In this document: positions 25,025-37,195 of the stretch, one piece after another
How the letters are laid out: each line of letters begins with the position of its first letter
How positions within the stretch are numbered: the stretch's first letter is position 1
NCBI GenBank assembly: GCA_036785375.1
Contig: JAWMAR010000028.1
Location: 10,106,001-10,170,000 of the forward strand
DNA: 64,000 nucleotides
Source: Leucoraja ocellata
Lineage: Eukaryota
Reading direction: 5' to 3'
Program-made: the position numbers and the translations under genes
The notes under the pieces: generated by a model
Seen by the model: only the letters and a program-made list of their open reading frames with translations
Databases searched by the model: none
Told to the model about the DNA's origin: nothing

Positions 25025-25250
25025 GCGCCACTGTGGTGCAGCGGTAGAGTTACCTTACAGCACTTTCGCTGCCGACTACGGGTGCTGACTGTACTGAGTT
25101 TGTATGATCTCCCTGTGACCGCGTGGGTTTTGCCGAGATCTTTTGTGTCCTCCCACACTTCAAAGACGTGCAGATTTGTAGATGAATTGACTTGGTATGA
25201 TTGTAAATTGTCCCGAGTCTGGTCGGCGCGAACTATCTCTAAACTAAACT
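25025..25250 (+). mobile_element. HE1-type V-SINE
   Basis: tRNA-like head (ggtgcagcggtagagt), V-domain (gagtttgtatgatctccctgtgaccgcgtgggtttt), tatctctaaactaaac tail. Confidence 0.7.
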
Positions 25251-26584
25251 ACAAGAGTATTTGCAGTTTGTTTACCACATGCCATAATCTTGTAAAATCT
25301 CAAGGCATTGAAAGGTTTACAAAAGGTTGGAGTCTTGCTTATGTGAGTGACCTAAAATATCCAGATAATATTTTATAAAGGTTTAAAAAGACATAGAAGG
25401 TTATAAAGTAGCAGGAACATACTCAGCAACACTCACGATTGTCATCACCCCTTTTCCTGGCCTCAGGCACACAGATTGCTGTTCTACGGTACAGACAGTT
25501 CAAGCTCATCGAGTGCTGCTACACTGTTCAGTATGAGATGTTTAATAATCCATTAATTATGTGATTGCAAACTTTTCTGCATTCATTGCAAAAATCGATG
25601 CTATTCAATACAACATCTGCCTGCTGATTTACTATTCGAATATATACCGTAGGGTACTGATTTTGGATGTGGTACTGATTTTGGATGATCAGCCATGATC
25701 ATATTGAGTGGCAGTGCTGGCTCAAAGGGCTGAATGGCCTACTCCTGCACCTGTTTTCTATGCTTCTATGCTCAGCTGGTTGAAAAGGAACTCGTGGCCC
25801 CATAAAAAGAAAAATAGGGAAGTTCTCTCCCGCCCCTTGGACAATGTGGATTCTTCAATCTATATGAGTAGAAGCTGGTATCATGCCTTTACTAATTGAT
25901 GTTTGGGGAGCTTGCTGTGGGAACATTGGCTTCCACATTTCCTCCTTTATGACTAAACTGCACTTCAAGAGTACTTCACTGGCTGCCTGGTGCAATCGAA
26001 CCTACATGGAACTGACTGCCTCTGACTATTATTCAAATATATACTATTTATATCTCCAGCCACCTTGTTTCCTTGTTAGAATGTCTTTGAAATATAATGG
26101 GGTACCAAAGAAATCTGTCACCATCCATACAGCACTATGGGGGAGAGGATGACTTAAACCAAAGCTCATCATTTAGGCACTCTCCATAACTTTCTGAATT
26201 TCATAACTAGTTTCCCATTAAAACCCCATGCTGTTCCGCTGTGATTAGTGGCATTATTGCTACAATTTAATTAAATGAATATTCTTTCCTTTTTTATGTC
26301 TTTCTCTGTGGTTTCACTTCCTGAGCCTAGACCACATTCATCCTGGAGAGGCAACAAATTCATCCTCCATGATAATTCTACACACTGGTGCCCAGTAAGG
26401 ATGGTTTATCAGCCCTTTACTATGCTCCATAAATACTCACAACTTTGCAGCCATATTCTGCTCTTATTCCATTTACAAGTGTTCAGACGACACCGCAATA
26501 GTGCGCCCAATCTCGAACAATGACAAGGGACTACTGGAAGGAGAAGGAGAGCTGAATGGTGTCAAGACAACAACCCTTCCTTGA

Positions 26585-27368
26585 ATGATACCATTAATTA
26601 TCAGAGGGGACTGTGTGGAGAGGGTGGCGGATTTCCGCTTCCTGGGAATCCATATTGAGGAGGACCTGACGTGGAGCGTGAACACCTCTGCGCTGCTGAA
26701 AAAGGTCCAGCAGAGACTGCACTTCCTGAGGGTGCTCAGGAAGAATAACATCACTCAGAGACTGCTGCTGTCCTTTTATCGGTGCTCCATTGAGAGCATC
26801 CTAACATACTGTGTATGCGTGTGGTACACCAGCTGCACAGCAGCTCAGAGGAAAGCGCTCCAGAGGGCCATTGACAACGCCCAGAGGATTGTCGGCTGCC
26901 CTCTCCTTACCTTGGAGGACTTACACAGTTCCCGCTGCATTAAAAAATCCCTGAGTATTATAAAGGACATTTCCCACCCCGGACACTCCCTGTTTGAACT
27001 GTTGCCGTCAGGCAGACGGTACAGATCTACAAGGACAAGGACAAACAGACTTAAAAACAGTTTTTACCCCACTGCTATAAAGGCACTAAATGTAGCTGCC
27101 GGAACGCAGGAACGCAGGGGCGATACATACTAAGGGACTGTGGTACACTGTGAAATCGACAGAAGGATGGAGGGTTGGGTGTTTATGCATGCTATTTTCA
27201 TGATATTTATTTTAGTTGTTTATCTTTTTTTAATATTTTACCTTGTATGTATCGTTAGCTTTTAGAAATGTTTGAATGGTGCACTGACTGGCTGACATTT
27301 GTAAATTTCGTTGTACATGGTTCATGTTACAATGACAATAAAGAAACTATTCTAACTATTCTATTCTA
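26585..27368 (+). mobile_element. Young Rex1/Babar LINE 3' portion with open 182-aa C-terminal frame
   Basis: VERVADFRFLGIHIEEDLTWSVNT...QQRLHFLRVLRK...FYRCSIESILTYC...HPGHSLFELLPSGRRYRS...NSFYPTAIK; AATAAA plus (CTATT)n tail. Confidence 0.9.
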
Positions 27369-27757
27369 ATGTCAGCAAGATGAAGGAGCTAGTTACCGAC
27401 TGCAAGAAACGAGGTGATGTACACGCCCCAAGTCAGCATCAAAGGTGCCAAAGTGGAGCCAGTTTCCTATCCTAAGCTAGGTGACCAGCCATAAGTGGCA
27501 ATATAGATAATGCTGGTAGAAGCATTCGCTAGGGCAGACAAGGAGAGAGAAAGGGTTAACATTTACTGCCACTGATCATCTGATTTTCAGGATATTGGAG
27601 ACATAATATTTTTTAAATGCAGAAACAAGAAAAAATGAACAGATAAAGAACAAGTTAGTGCTTTTCCTAGGTCTCTACTGTCTGCTATTTACACCGCCTC
27701 TAAAGGTCCATCTTTTGAATCTTTGTTTATCCTACCCATTTTGCCTTGAACCATCAT

Positions 27758-28000
27758 CTAGTTTAGATGATACAGCGTGGAAACAAGCCCTTCGGCCCAC
27801 CGAGTCCCACCAGCCGAGTCCCACCAGCGATCACCCCCAAACACCAGCACCTACACAATTGACAGAAGCCAATTAACCTACAAACCTGTAGGCCTCTGGA
27901 AGGTGGGAGGAAAACCACGCGGTCACGGGGAGAATTAACAAACCCAATACAGTACCCGTTGACAGGATCAAGGCAGCAACTCTACCAGCGCGCCACCGTG
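27758..28000 (-). mobile_element. HE1-type V-SINE
   Basis: tttagatgatacagcgtggaaacaagcccttcggccc...aagccaattaacctacaaacctg...cacgcggtcacgggg. Confidence 0.7.
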
Positions 28001-29130
28001 CCGATATGTTCTCGATATTTCCCCCCCGTGATCTAGAGGTAGATGCCCTGTCCCATTTCAAGGCCAGTGAGATGTAGGGGTATAAAATAAAACTACTCTG
28101 CTGCCAATCTAAAAGCGGTTGGTGGAATGAGGAGCGGGTGAAAAAACATAAGATTGGTATAAATTGATGTCTGATAGTTTGAAGGGCCTGTTTTTTTCTG
28201 GAGCACGGGGGCTGAGGGGAGACTTGACAGGGTAATATATAATGTTGAGAACCTTTCTCCCGGGGTGGAAATGTCAAAGGCTAAAGGGGGTCGTGTGTAT
28301 CTGGAACGAGCTTGCAGGAGGGGGGGGGGGGGGGCAGATACGATTGTGGTAGTTAGAAGGTTTTATGATAGGCACAATGATATGCAAGGAATGGAGGAAT
28401 ATAGATCATTTGCAGGCAGCACGGATCAACTAAACTGCACTTCAAGAGTACTTCACTTGACTATTATTCAAATATATACTATTTATATCTCCAGCCACCT
28501 TGTTTCCTTGTAAGAATTGCCTTTGAAATATAAGGGGGTACCAAAGAAATCTGTCACCATCCCTACAGCACTACTGGGGGAGAGGATTAACTCATGTCTG
28601 GCACAGACAGGGTTTATCTACTGTGCTGCACTGAATTGTGTGTCGTTTGCGATTACTCTATTTACCAATGGAAGCATGATTGTGGGAGTGTTACCAAGGG
28701 CAATAAGGGACAACTTAAAATTCAAAATTTAATTTTAACAACCAATATATTCATCAGATAATTGTTGGTTTACGCTATTATTGGATTCTAACAATATTCA
28801 AATGACAGCGCTGATGCCTGCAATACCTGGAAAAAATGTGTGTTAAACTGTCATCCTTCAATCAAAACCTGCTGTTTACTGCCAACTCATTGCCACGTAC
28901 TTATCCACTCACCACTAATCCTAAAATAGCGCCCCGCCACTCCAAAAGCGCACTGATATTGAGTTCTGAGCCTGATGGAACTGGTCGTGAGAAGAGGCAG
29001 CATCTTGGGAAGGCGCCAAGCACGACTGGAGCAGAGGAAGGCAAAGTGGCCCAGAGGTGCCACGGCTCCAGTTCCCAACCTCCCGCATCCAAACCCCCGG
29101 CCTCGGCTGCTGTGTGTGTGTGTGTGCGTG

Positions 29131-32100
29131 CAGAGGTGTAGTCTACGTGATACGCAGGTATATGCCGTATACCCACTAAGAAAGCTCCAGCATTTCCGTA
29201 TGCCCACTTAGAAATGCGCAATGACACGTATCAACTTCGATAGTGACAGAAGTTCTGTTTATTTTATGAATGAAAGTATGACAGTTCTGTCACAGAACCA
29301 TCATACTTTCATTCATAAATTCAACCTGTGCGCTGTGTCTCTGTCAGAGTCGCACTTTTCCTTGTCGGAAGTTGGAAAGTCCCGAGTTCCGAGTACAATG
29401 GAACGCAGCATTATAATAGCCATACAGAGGCTTCCGTCCATGGCCCGTGCCCGTGACCTTGGTGACCGCCCGTGACCTAGACCTGACGTCACGTCACCTA
29501 GACGACAGCGATATCAACTCAGTCGGCACCGAGGTGATGTCCAGCGGCTCAACAGTAAATATGAAGCAGAAGCAACAAACTACCCTTCCCCATTTAAAAA
29601 AAAACAAACAAGCCTGCTGCTGCCTCGGACGACACTCCAGCAGTCACTAGGACGTTAGATGAAGAAGAGGGAACTACAGCGGAGCCTGATGCCAGCAGTG
29701 TATCGGGTAAGTGAAAGTCGTATACAAGTGAACTTTAGCAGATATTAGACTACTAGCTACTAGCTTATAAGAGATTTCCCAAACTGAATGAATACCACAC
29801 ATATATTCACTAAACGGCCTTGCTAGCTCAATCTTGTTGTAGTAAAGTAGTAAATAACGTAGTTATTACACATTTTACTGTGAGTGTGTGTGTGCTGAAT
29901 ATCTCCTTGTTCCTTCTAGATGATAACTCCTGGCCAGCCCTATGGACTGAGAGTCAGGCTAGGGAGTTTAAAAGCAAGCATTCTTGGTTAGAATGGCAGG
30001 ACAGAAAGTTAGGTAAATATCAGCCAACTTGTAAAGCTGCTATAAACACATGAAGTCAACTTTATGCAAATGAGAGTATAGCTGGTTTATTTTCATCTTA
30101 AAGATACATTAATTTCACTTTTATACAATTAAATTATAATGATATTGTCACAGTGAAGCTTATTTACAGTTCATTCAATTATTTTGAATAGATTCTTATC
30201 CAGTTCAGAAGGTGTTATTGCTAATATAGATTCAAAAAAGACTACTTGTATGATGTTAATTAGTCATGTTTTTGTTTACTTCCAGGTTGTGCTATTTGCA
30301 GCTCAACAAAATCTACTGGCGTCTTAACAGAGAAAAGAATTTCCATATCTGAGGAGTGGGCGATGTTTAAGATCCTGTCATCAGGCTCAAGCAGACCAAC
30401 AGCCCTGGCCTCCTTGAGAAACAAGATCAGACAGCATGGGATGTCCAGGGCACACGAAATAGCTCAGGAGCTCACTGAAAAGGGTGGACAGGATTTACTT
30501 GGGAATCTTGTGAGAGCTGTGTCACACACTGTGTTAGCTGAGACAAATACTGTATTCAGAACAGCATATTATCTTTCCAAGATGAACCGAACTTTCTCTG
30601 ACCATGACGATCTCATTGAGCTTCAGGAAAAAAATGGTGTCAACATGGGCACAAGTCTGCACTCAAGGTTCAGTTCAACAAAAGTTGTGGAACACATAGC
30701 AAAAAAGATGGAGACAAAAATAGTTGACAGCATTGTGTCATCTTCAAGCAAGCTGTCTGTTCTCATTGATGAGGCAACTTCTCTCAGCCATAAATCAGCC
30801 ATGATTGTCAATGTGAAGGCCTCTTTAGATGGAGCTACTCCTGAATTTGTTTTTTTGGACCTGGTGGAGCTGGAAAGCCAGAGGACAGAGTCTATAGAGG
30901 AAGCTCTATTAAACTGTTTGGACACTGCAGGCTTTAGTGAAGAGTGGCTTCAAAACAACTGGATCTCATTTGTTTCTGATGGAGCCAGTGTTATGTTAGG
31001 CAAAAACTCTGGTGTGGCAACCAGGCTGACTGCAAGGTACCCTAACCTCTTCACATGGCACTGTATGAACCACTGTCTAGAACTGGCTGTAAATGATGCT
31101 GTGGATGAGGTTCAGGCAGTCAACCACTTCAAAGTTTTCATGGACAAACTCCACAATCTCTACAGTCAGTCCAATAAAAATTCACGGGAACTTATAGAAG
31201 CAGCACAAGAAGTGGGCTCACAAGTCCTGAAGATTGGCAGAGTTTTAAACACCCGATGGGTTGCCAGCAGTTTCTGTTCTGTAAAGGCTGTGTGGAGGTC
31301 ATACGAAGCACTTAACAGACACTTTGAGAATGCTGCAGGAGATCAAACAGGAAACGGCAAAGAGAGGCAAACCTACAGAGGCCTGGCACGTCGTATGCAA
31401 AGCAAGGAATTTCTTTGTGACCTTGGACATGTATGATGCACTATCTGAACTTTCAAACCTGTCCCAGCAATTACAGGCCCATTCAATCACACTTTTAAGA
31501 GCAGAACAGCTGCTGAAGCGCACCATCCGAGTGCTGGCATCATTTAAAGATTCTCCAGGAGAGAAATTGGAGGAAGCATTGAAAGCACAGGCTTTGGGAC
31601 AGTTTGGATCAGTGTCCCTGGAGTCAAATGCTAAGCTCATGCCGATCAATACAAAGCAGTTCCTACAAAGTCTGATCAACAACATGGAGAAGCGGCTCTC
31701 ATTTAAGGATGAAATTCTTCATGATCTCAGCATTGTGGATTCAAGCACCTGGCCATCAATACCTGGCCATCAACACCTGGCATGGTGAGTCACAGGTAAA
31801 ACGACTGTGCAGGCGATTCAATCTTTGTCAAGAACAAGCTGTCAATGGAATGAGAGATTTCATTGAGCACCCAGAGAGTGAAACTGAATGCATCAAACCA
31901 CTCATCCACTGCATGCAGACCATCCCTTGCAGCACTGCAGAGTGTGAAAGGTGCTTCAGTCTGATGAATATTGTGTACACAGACCAAAGATCTAGAATGT
32001 TGTTGTCTAGTGTCAGCAATTTGATGATGATCAGCATCAATAAGCCTTTTTGAGCCAAGCAAATATGTATCAACATGGTTAGGAAGCCATCGCTCTGCCA

Positions 32101-33101
32101 CGCAAGCAAGAAGGCAGAGCACACCTCAGATGCCTGAGTACAAGCAAATTTGGAAAGTTTTGTAAACTAGCAGGCTACTACATTTAAAGTGAAAAACAAT
32201 TGTTGACAAAATCCCCTTTAGTGGAATACAAACACTTTTCCATACCTGCTACAGTAGCAAGTATGGAAAACTGTTTGTATTCCACTAAATATCCATGTAA
32301 CTGTGTATTCACCTTTGTTTGTGACTTTTTTACAATGAAGGGATTGTGGTGTTTGTTTTATTTTGCATGGGTCATGCGCCCTCCGCTGGTCGTTTTTGCG
32401 GATGTACTGTTTTTCTTCTCTGTTAAACACTGAACAGATGTTATTTGCATAGGACTTACTGTGATTGAAAACGTGTATTTTGTGATGCTGTGTGATTGCT
32501 GTATTAAGTATGAGTGTGAGACGCCTTAGAACAGTTGCTGATATGTTTTATTTATTTTAATTTATTATTTAAGTATTTTTGTATGGGAAACATAATTCTA
32601 AAGAACATGTTTTTATTTTGTATTTTTGCATTTATTGTTTCTTATATAGGGTATTTTATTTTATTGAGTTGTAATTGTTTCTGACAAATGACTAACTCTG
32701 TTTTTTCTTGTCTCAAAACTCTAAACAGAGCATGCAGCAGCAGCAGCAATAAATGTCCTGTGCAAAAGACTCAAGTATCTCGTCGTCTCCTTAGCACATT
32801 AGTACTGAGGCCAGGCCGGTTACATATACAGTAGTACAGTGTTTATATAGCCAACAGTTATTTATTTATTGATGCTTTGTAGTTTATTTGATGCTAGTGC
32901 CTAATGGTGATTTTAATTTGACTGTTTATTGTCCTAGAAACTGATGACAATATCGAGTGTTGAATAATCTCAATTACTTATGGTGGTTGTAGGCTACTGT
33001 ATGTGTCAGTGAGTGTGGCGGTGTTTATAGGACGGGTGTGGAAGAGACTAGAAGGGAATCATCACAGTATACCCACTACAAAAAACTAGACTACACCACT
33101 G
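29131..33101 (+). mobile_element. Full-length hAT DNA transposon (KIAA1586/ZNF862-related), 3971 bp
   Basis: 15-bp TIRs CAGAGGTGTAGTCTA (29131-29145) and TAGACTACACCACTG (33087-33101), one mismatch; 8-bp flanks TGTGCGTG / TGTGTGTG; subterminal GTATRCCCACT at 29167, 29198 and 33067. Confidence 0.9.
29561..32165 (+). pseudogene. Three-exon hAT transposase, KIAA1586-like, frameshifted
   Basis: Predicted exons 29561-29706, 29920-30012 and 30286-32165 with GT-AG introns. Zinc finger WLEW..KLGCAIC...HGMSRAH; catalytic motifs LIDEATS, SDGASVM, CMNH, TRW, TAECERCFS; ends QIWKVL*. Frame breaks near 29600, 31430, 31770 and 32050-32130. Confidence 0.8.
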
Positions 33102-33499
33102 TGTGTGTGTGTGTGTGTGTGCGTGTGTGTGTGTGTGTTCAGCTCGGTCAATCTGTGGCCTTCTTGATTTCTTCCAAGTGCCACGGTTTCCTCTCGCAGA
33201 TTACACGAGTGCCTCAATACTTAGAAAATAAAACAATTAAATGGTTGTCAGTGTCCAATATCAGTATTTACTTTAATGTCATTTTAACTGAGTACTTACA
33301 TACACAGATTGGTTGGGGATAACGTGAGTAATCACCATCTCTCGTGTTCCCGAATCCCAGGTATCTCCGAAGGCTCCTGAATCTAGACTACATAGTGAAA
33401 TCTGCCCATCTGCCCATTTCCCATTCCCGGCTTCCCCGCCGCCTCACAATCCTATATACTTTTTTATAGTCTATACAACTATACTATACTTATATACCT

Positions 33500-33740
33500 T
33501 CGGTCCACGCCGACCAATGATTCCCCGCACATTAACTCTATCCAAAACACACTAAGGGTAATTTAAAATCATTCCAAGCCAATTAATCTACAAACCTGTA
33601 GGTCTTTGGAGTGTGGAGGGTAACCGGTGCTCCCGGAGAAACCCCACGCAGGTCACGGGGAGAATGTACAAACTGCGTACAGACAACACCCGTGGTCACA
33701 ATCGAACCCGGGACTCTGGCAGCAACTCTACTTCTGCCGA
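33500..33740 (-). mobile_element. HE1-type V-SINE
   Basis: aagccaattaatctacaaacctgtaggtctttggagtgtggagg...cacgcaggtcacggggagaatgtacaaact. Confidence 0.7.
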
Positions 33741-34916
33741 CCTAGTTTCGATATGCATTCACCCACATCTCCTGCACCCGACAGCCCATTCTAACATGGA
33801 ATGGTGCTGGAGTGAGGAGAGAGATCTTTTCACATTTCTCGTGAGATGAGTTTTTAACAGTGTTGCCTGTCTGTCAGATGGTATCCTGGACAGCTATGTA
33901 AATGCCCGTGGACTATGAACCATTTAAAGGAACCGAACTCCAATTGCAACAGAAGCAACATCCTAAAGGTAAGACCCCCTGCCTCAAATTCACACTTGGC
34001 AGCGGTCAGCTCCAAAGATCTTAGATTAGCTCCGTGCCAACAACGCGACAGTTTGCATCCGAAATGTTGGCGCAATTTATACACAGGAATCAGTTTTGAA
34101 AATTGTGGCTGTAAGCGGCAGATCTTGGAGTGTGTGTATGCGCCCGACGCGACGCCTTTCCCAATTCCCGGATCGCATCTTGGGTGAGCCTTCAGAGTGC
34201 TCGTGGTTCTGGATGAAAGCATCTTCTTCATCATTTAATCCAGAAAATATATATATCTTACACAGTAAAAAATCTTGCTCCAATTTCAAAGCGTGGCTTG
34301 AGGGAGCTGCAAATCGAAGCAAAAGCTTCCGAAAATAAACCTTCTATAAAAGTGAAAAGTGACAGTAAAAAGAAACTCCAGGTCGAACACCGAATTTCTG
34401 GCAATTGGTTGTCCGCCCCCTCCTCTAATCCGGACAAGATCATGAGAGCGCACCTGGAAGACCCTCGGATGTGCCCCCGAGTTTGTGTCGCCTGGGCCGG
34501 GGTGAGGCAGTCGGGATTTCCGCGGGCATCCCGTTAACTGGCGTCCAAGAAATGCACGTTTTTGCTGGACAATTAATTTGCATTTAATATATTCATTTTA
34601 TTTAATTTTCTAGCAGTCCATGCGCTTCTGAGGGGTGGGGGGGGGGGGGGGGGGGGGGGTATATTGAGTCGGTCAGAGGCGTATCGTTGTACCATTAATA
34701 CGATCTCCGTTGATCCGGGAAAACCAATAATACAGGGAGTCTCTGGAATTAAGGGTGCCGGAAAATCGGCGTTCGACCTGTAACTAAATGTTCAAAGAAA
34801 TGCATTTTTGGTTTTAGTCTCGCAGGGGAACTTATACACATTTTGAACACATTCTGACATAATAAATAAAAAGGTGGGATGTGCCTCGCCTCCTTCCTTT
34901 GTATATGCGTGAAGAT

Positions 34917-35503
34917 TTTCAAGATTCAAGATTCAAGAGAGTTTATTGTAATGTGTCCCAGATAGGACAATGATATTCTTGCTTTGCTTCAGCACAACAG
35001 AATATAATAGGCATAAATAAATACAGAACAGAGTAAATATATATATATATTTACCTTGACAAACCGACTCTTGGTATATATATATATACACTGACATAAA
35101 TAAACAGATAAAGTGCAATGGGCTATTAATGATCAGAATTTTGTTTGAGTTGAGTGGCTGATGACTGTGAGGAAGCAGCTATTCCTGAACCTGGATGCTG
35201 CAGATTTCAGGCTCCTGTACCTTTTACCTGAAGGCAGCGGAGAGATGAGTGAGTGGCCAGGATGGTGTGGGTCCTTGATGATGCTGACAGCCTTTTTGAG
35301 GCAGCGACTGCGATATATCCCTTCGATGGTAGGGAGGTCAGAGCCGATGATGGACTGGGCAGTGGCTGCAACTTTTTGCAGTCTTTTCCGCTCCTGGGCG
35401 CTCAAGTTGCTGAACCAAGCCACGATGCAACCGGTCAGCATGCTCTCTACTGTGCACCTGTAGAAGTTTGAGAGAGTCCTCCTTGACAAACCGACTCTTG
35501 GTA
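34917..35503 (-). mobile_element. Rex1/Babar LINE 3' portion
   Basis: ORF 35133..35543 FYRCTVESMLTGCIVAWF...KDPHHPGHSLISPLPSGKRYRS; (TCTTGAA)n tail. Confidence 0.85.
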
Positions 35504-36493
35504 AAACAATCGGAAGGTTTTTATTGGGGCCAGTCCTCCACACATCTTTATAAAGTCTGTATCGACTGTGGCGTATTCGTTCAGGTCCGTTGCCGAGTCC
35601 CTGAAATGTTTAAATGTTGTTCAAAAAGGTGAACTTTCAGACGGAAATGTCGTCTCCTTTTGACAGATCAAACCTCATTTCCCGACATAACTCCAGCAAA
35701 TACATTTGAGAATTGTTTCTCAAGACCAATTGTGCTGTCGTTTAGATGGCCTTTCCTCACACAGTTAGTCCAGAATTATGCAGCTCCAGAGGAGAAACAA
35801 TATCCTTTCTTGCTTTTCGATCGCCTAGATGCGTGAATTTCTTGTTAAGAGTAATAACCCTTGAAATGATGGAAGCACTTTGCAGATCAGGCAGCATCTG
35901 TGGAAAGAGAAACAAATGTAACGTTTCAGTTGTACTATGTGCAATGACAATAAAGTTGAATCTAACCTATCTAATCTAATCTAATGAAAGGTTTCAAATA
36001 CAAAATTTAGCTTTGAAATGTATTCCAAAATTAGCAAGCAACGAATGTACCCGAATTCGTGCGTGGGAAGGGCTGACATTATCCAGGAGCGGTGTTATGT
36101 TCTTCCTCCCACACTTCAGCGTGATATCTTTGCACTAAATGTTGTTCCCTCCATCCTTAATACGTACAATGTCAACAGCTTGATGTATTCATGTATAGTC
36201 TTTGACCGAATAGCACTCAAATAAAAGTATTCCATTGTACCTCGGTACACTGAAATGTTGGTTCTTGTCTGGATCCAATCCGTGAAAGATTGACAATAAA
36301 ATAGTAGGGACTACACAGCGATTAGATTAGTTTAAAAAGTGTCCAGAACCCCGATTATTGATCTGTTGGTAAGAATTTAAAACCACCAAGACAGATGAGG
36401 GTTGAAATACATCAATTAAATGAATAAATGTCGAATTAAATGGGAGGATGTTCATGGAAATACCGAACTCGAGTTAGAAAAAATAACATTTGC

Positions 36494-36499
36494 TTTATT
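36494..36499 (-). promoter_or_regulatory. Candidate GPR88 polyadenylation signal (AATAAA)
   Basis: First minus-strand AATAAA I find after the GPR88 stop; followed by U-rich sequence. Confidence 0.45.
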
Positions 36500-36608
36500 A
36501 CTGCCTCACCTCGTGTTCCCCTCCGGAACTAAACGCCCAGTGAGACTTTAAAAGTCACGTGCTATCCAACAAGAAGCCCAAACACACACCTACACACAAA
36601 TATGCAGT

Positions 36609-36609
<1 letters not shown>

Positions 36610-36656
<47 letters not shown>

Positions 36657-36662
36657 ACACAC
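36610..36662. repeat. (CA)n microsatellite
   Basis: Read directly. Confidence 0.95.
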
Positions 36663-36743
36663 AGCCACACACTCGCAAACACACACGGCCACAATCCTTG
36701 ATTGGCCTTTGCTGACTTTACCTTGCACTAAACGTTATTCCCA

Positions 36744-37063
36744 TATAGAAACATAGAAAATAGGTGCGGGAGTAGGCCTTTCGGCCCTTCGAGCCTACAC
36801 CGCCATTCAATATGATCGTGGCTGATCATCCAACTCAGTATCCTGTACCTGCCTTCTCTCCATACCCCCTGATCCCTTTAGCCACAAGGGCCACATCTAA
36901 CTCCCTCTTAAATATAGCCAATGAATTGGCCTCAACTACCTTATGTGGCAGAGAATTCCGCAGATTCACCACTCTCTGTGTGAAAAATGTTTTCCTCATG
37001 TCGGTCCTAAAAGATTTCCCCCTTATCCTTAAACTGTGGCCCCTTGTTCTGGACTTCCCCAAC
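36744..37063 (-). mobile_element. CR1 3' fragment inserted in a Rex1/Babar tail (36690-36743 and 37070-37195)
   Basis: ORF 36835..37062; tail atagaaacatagaaa at the left end. Confidence 0.85.
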
Positions 37064-37195
37064 TTCGGGATATCATATATCTACACACTGTAAATGGCTC
37101 GATTGTAATCATGTATTGTCTTTCCGCTGACACTGGTTAGCACACAACAAAAGCTTTTCACTGTACCTCGGTACACGTGACAATAAACTCAACTG

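Noticed and set aside
30363-31436. Host KIAA1586 or ZNF862 gene
   Set aside because: Bounded by TIRs and carries several frameshifts, so it is a transposon copy, not the domesticated gene.
33861-33968. Plus-strand exon-like segment (aacag|...aaag|gtaaga; MPVDYEPFKGTELQLQQKQHPK)
   Set aside because: No recognisable homology, and the phase-1 frame needed to join the Ig exons contains a stop.
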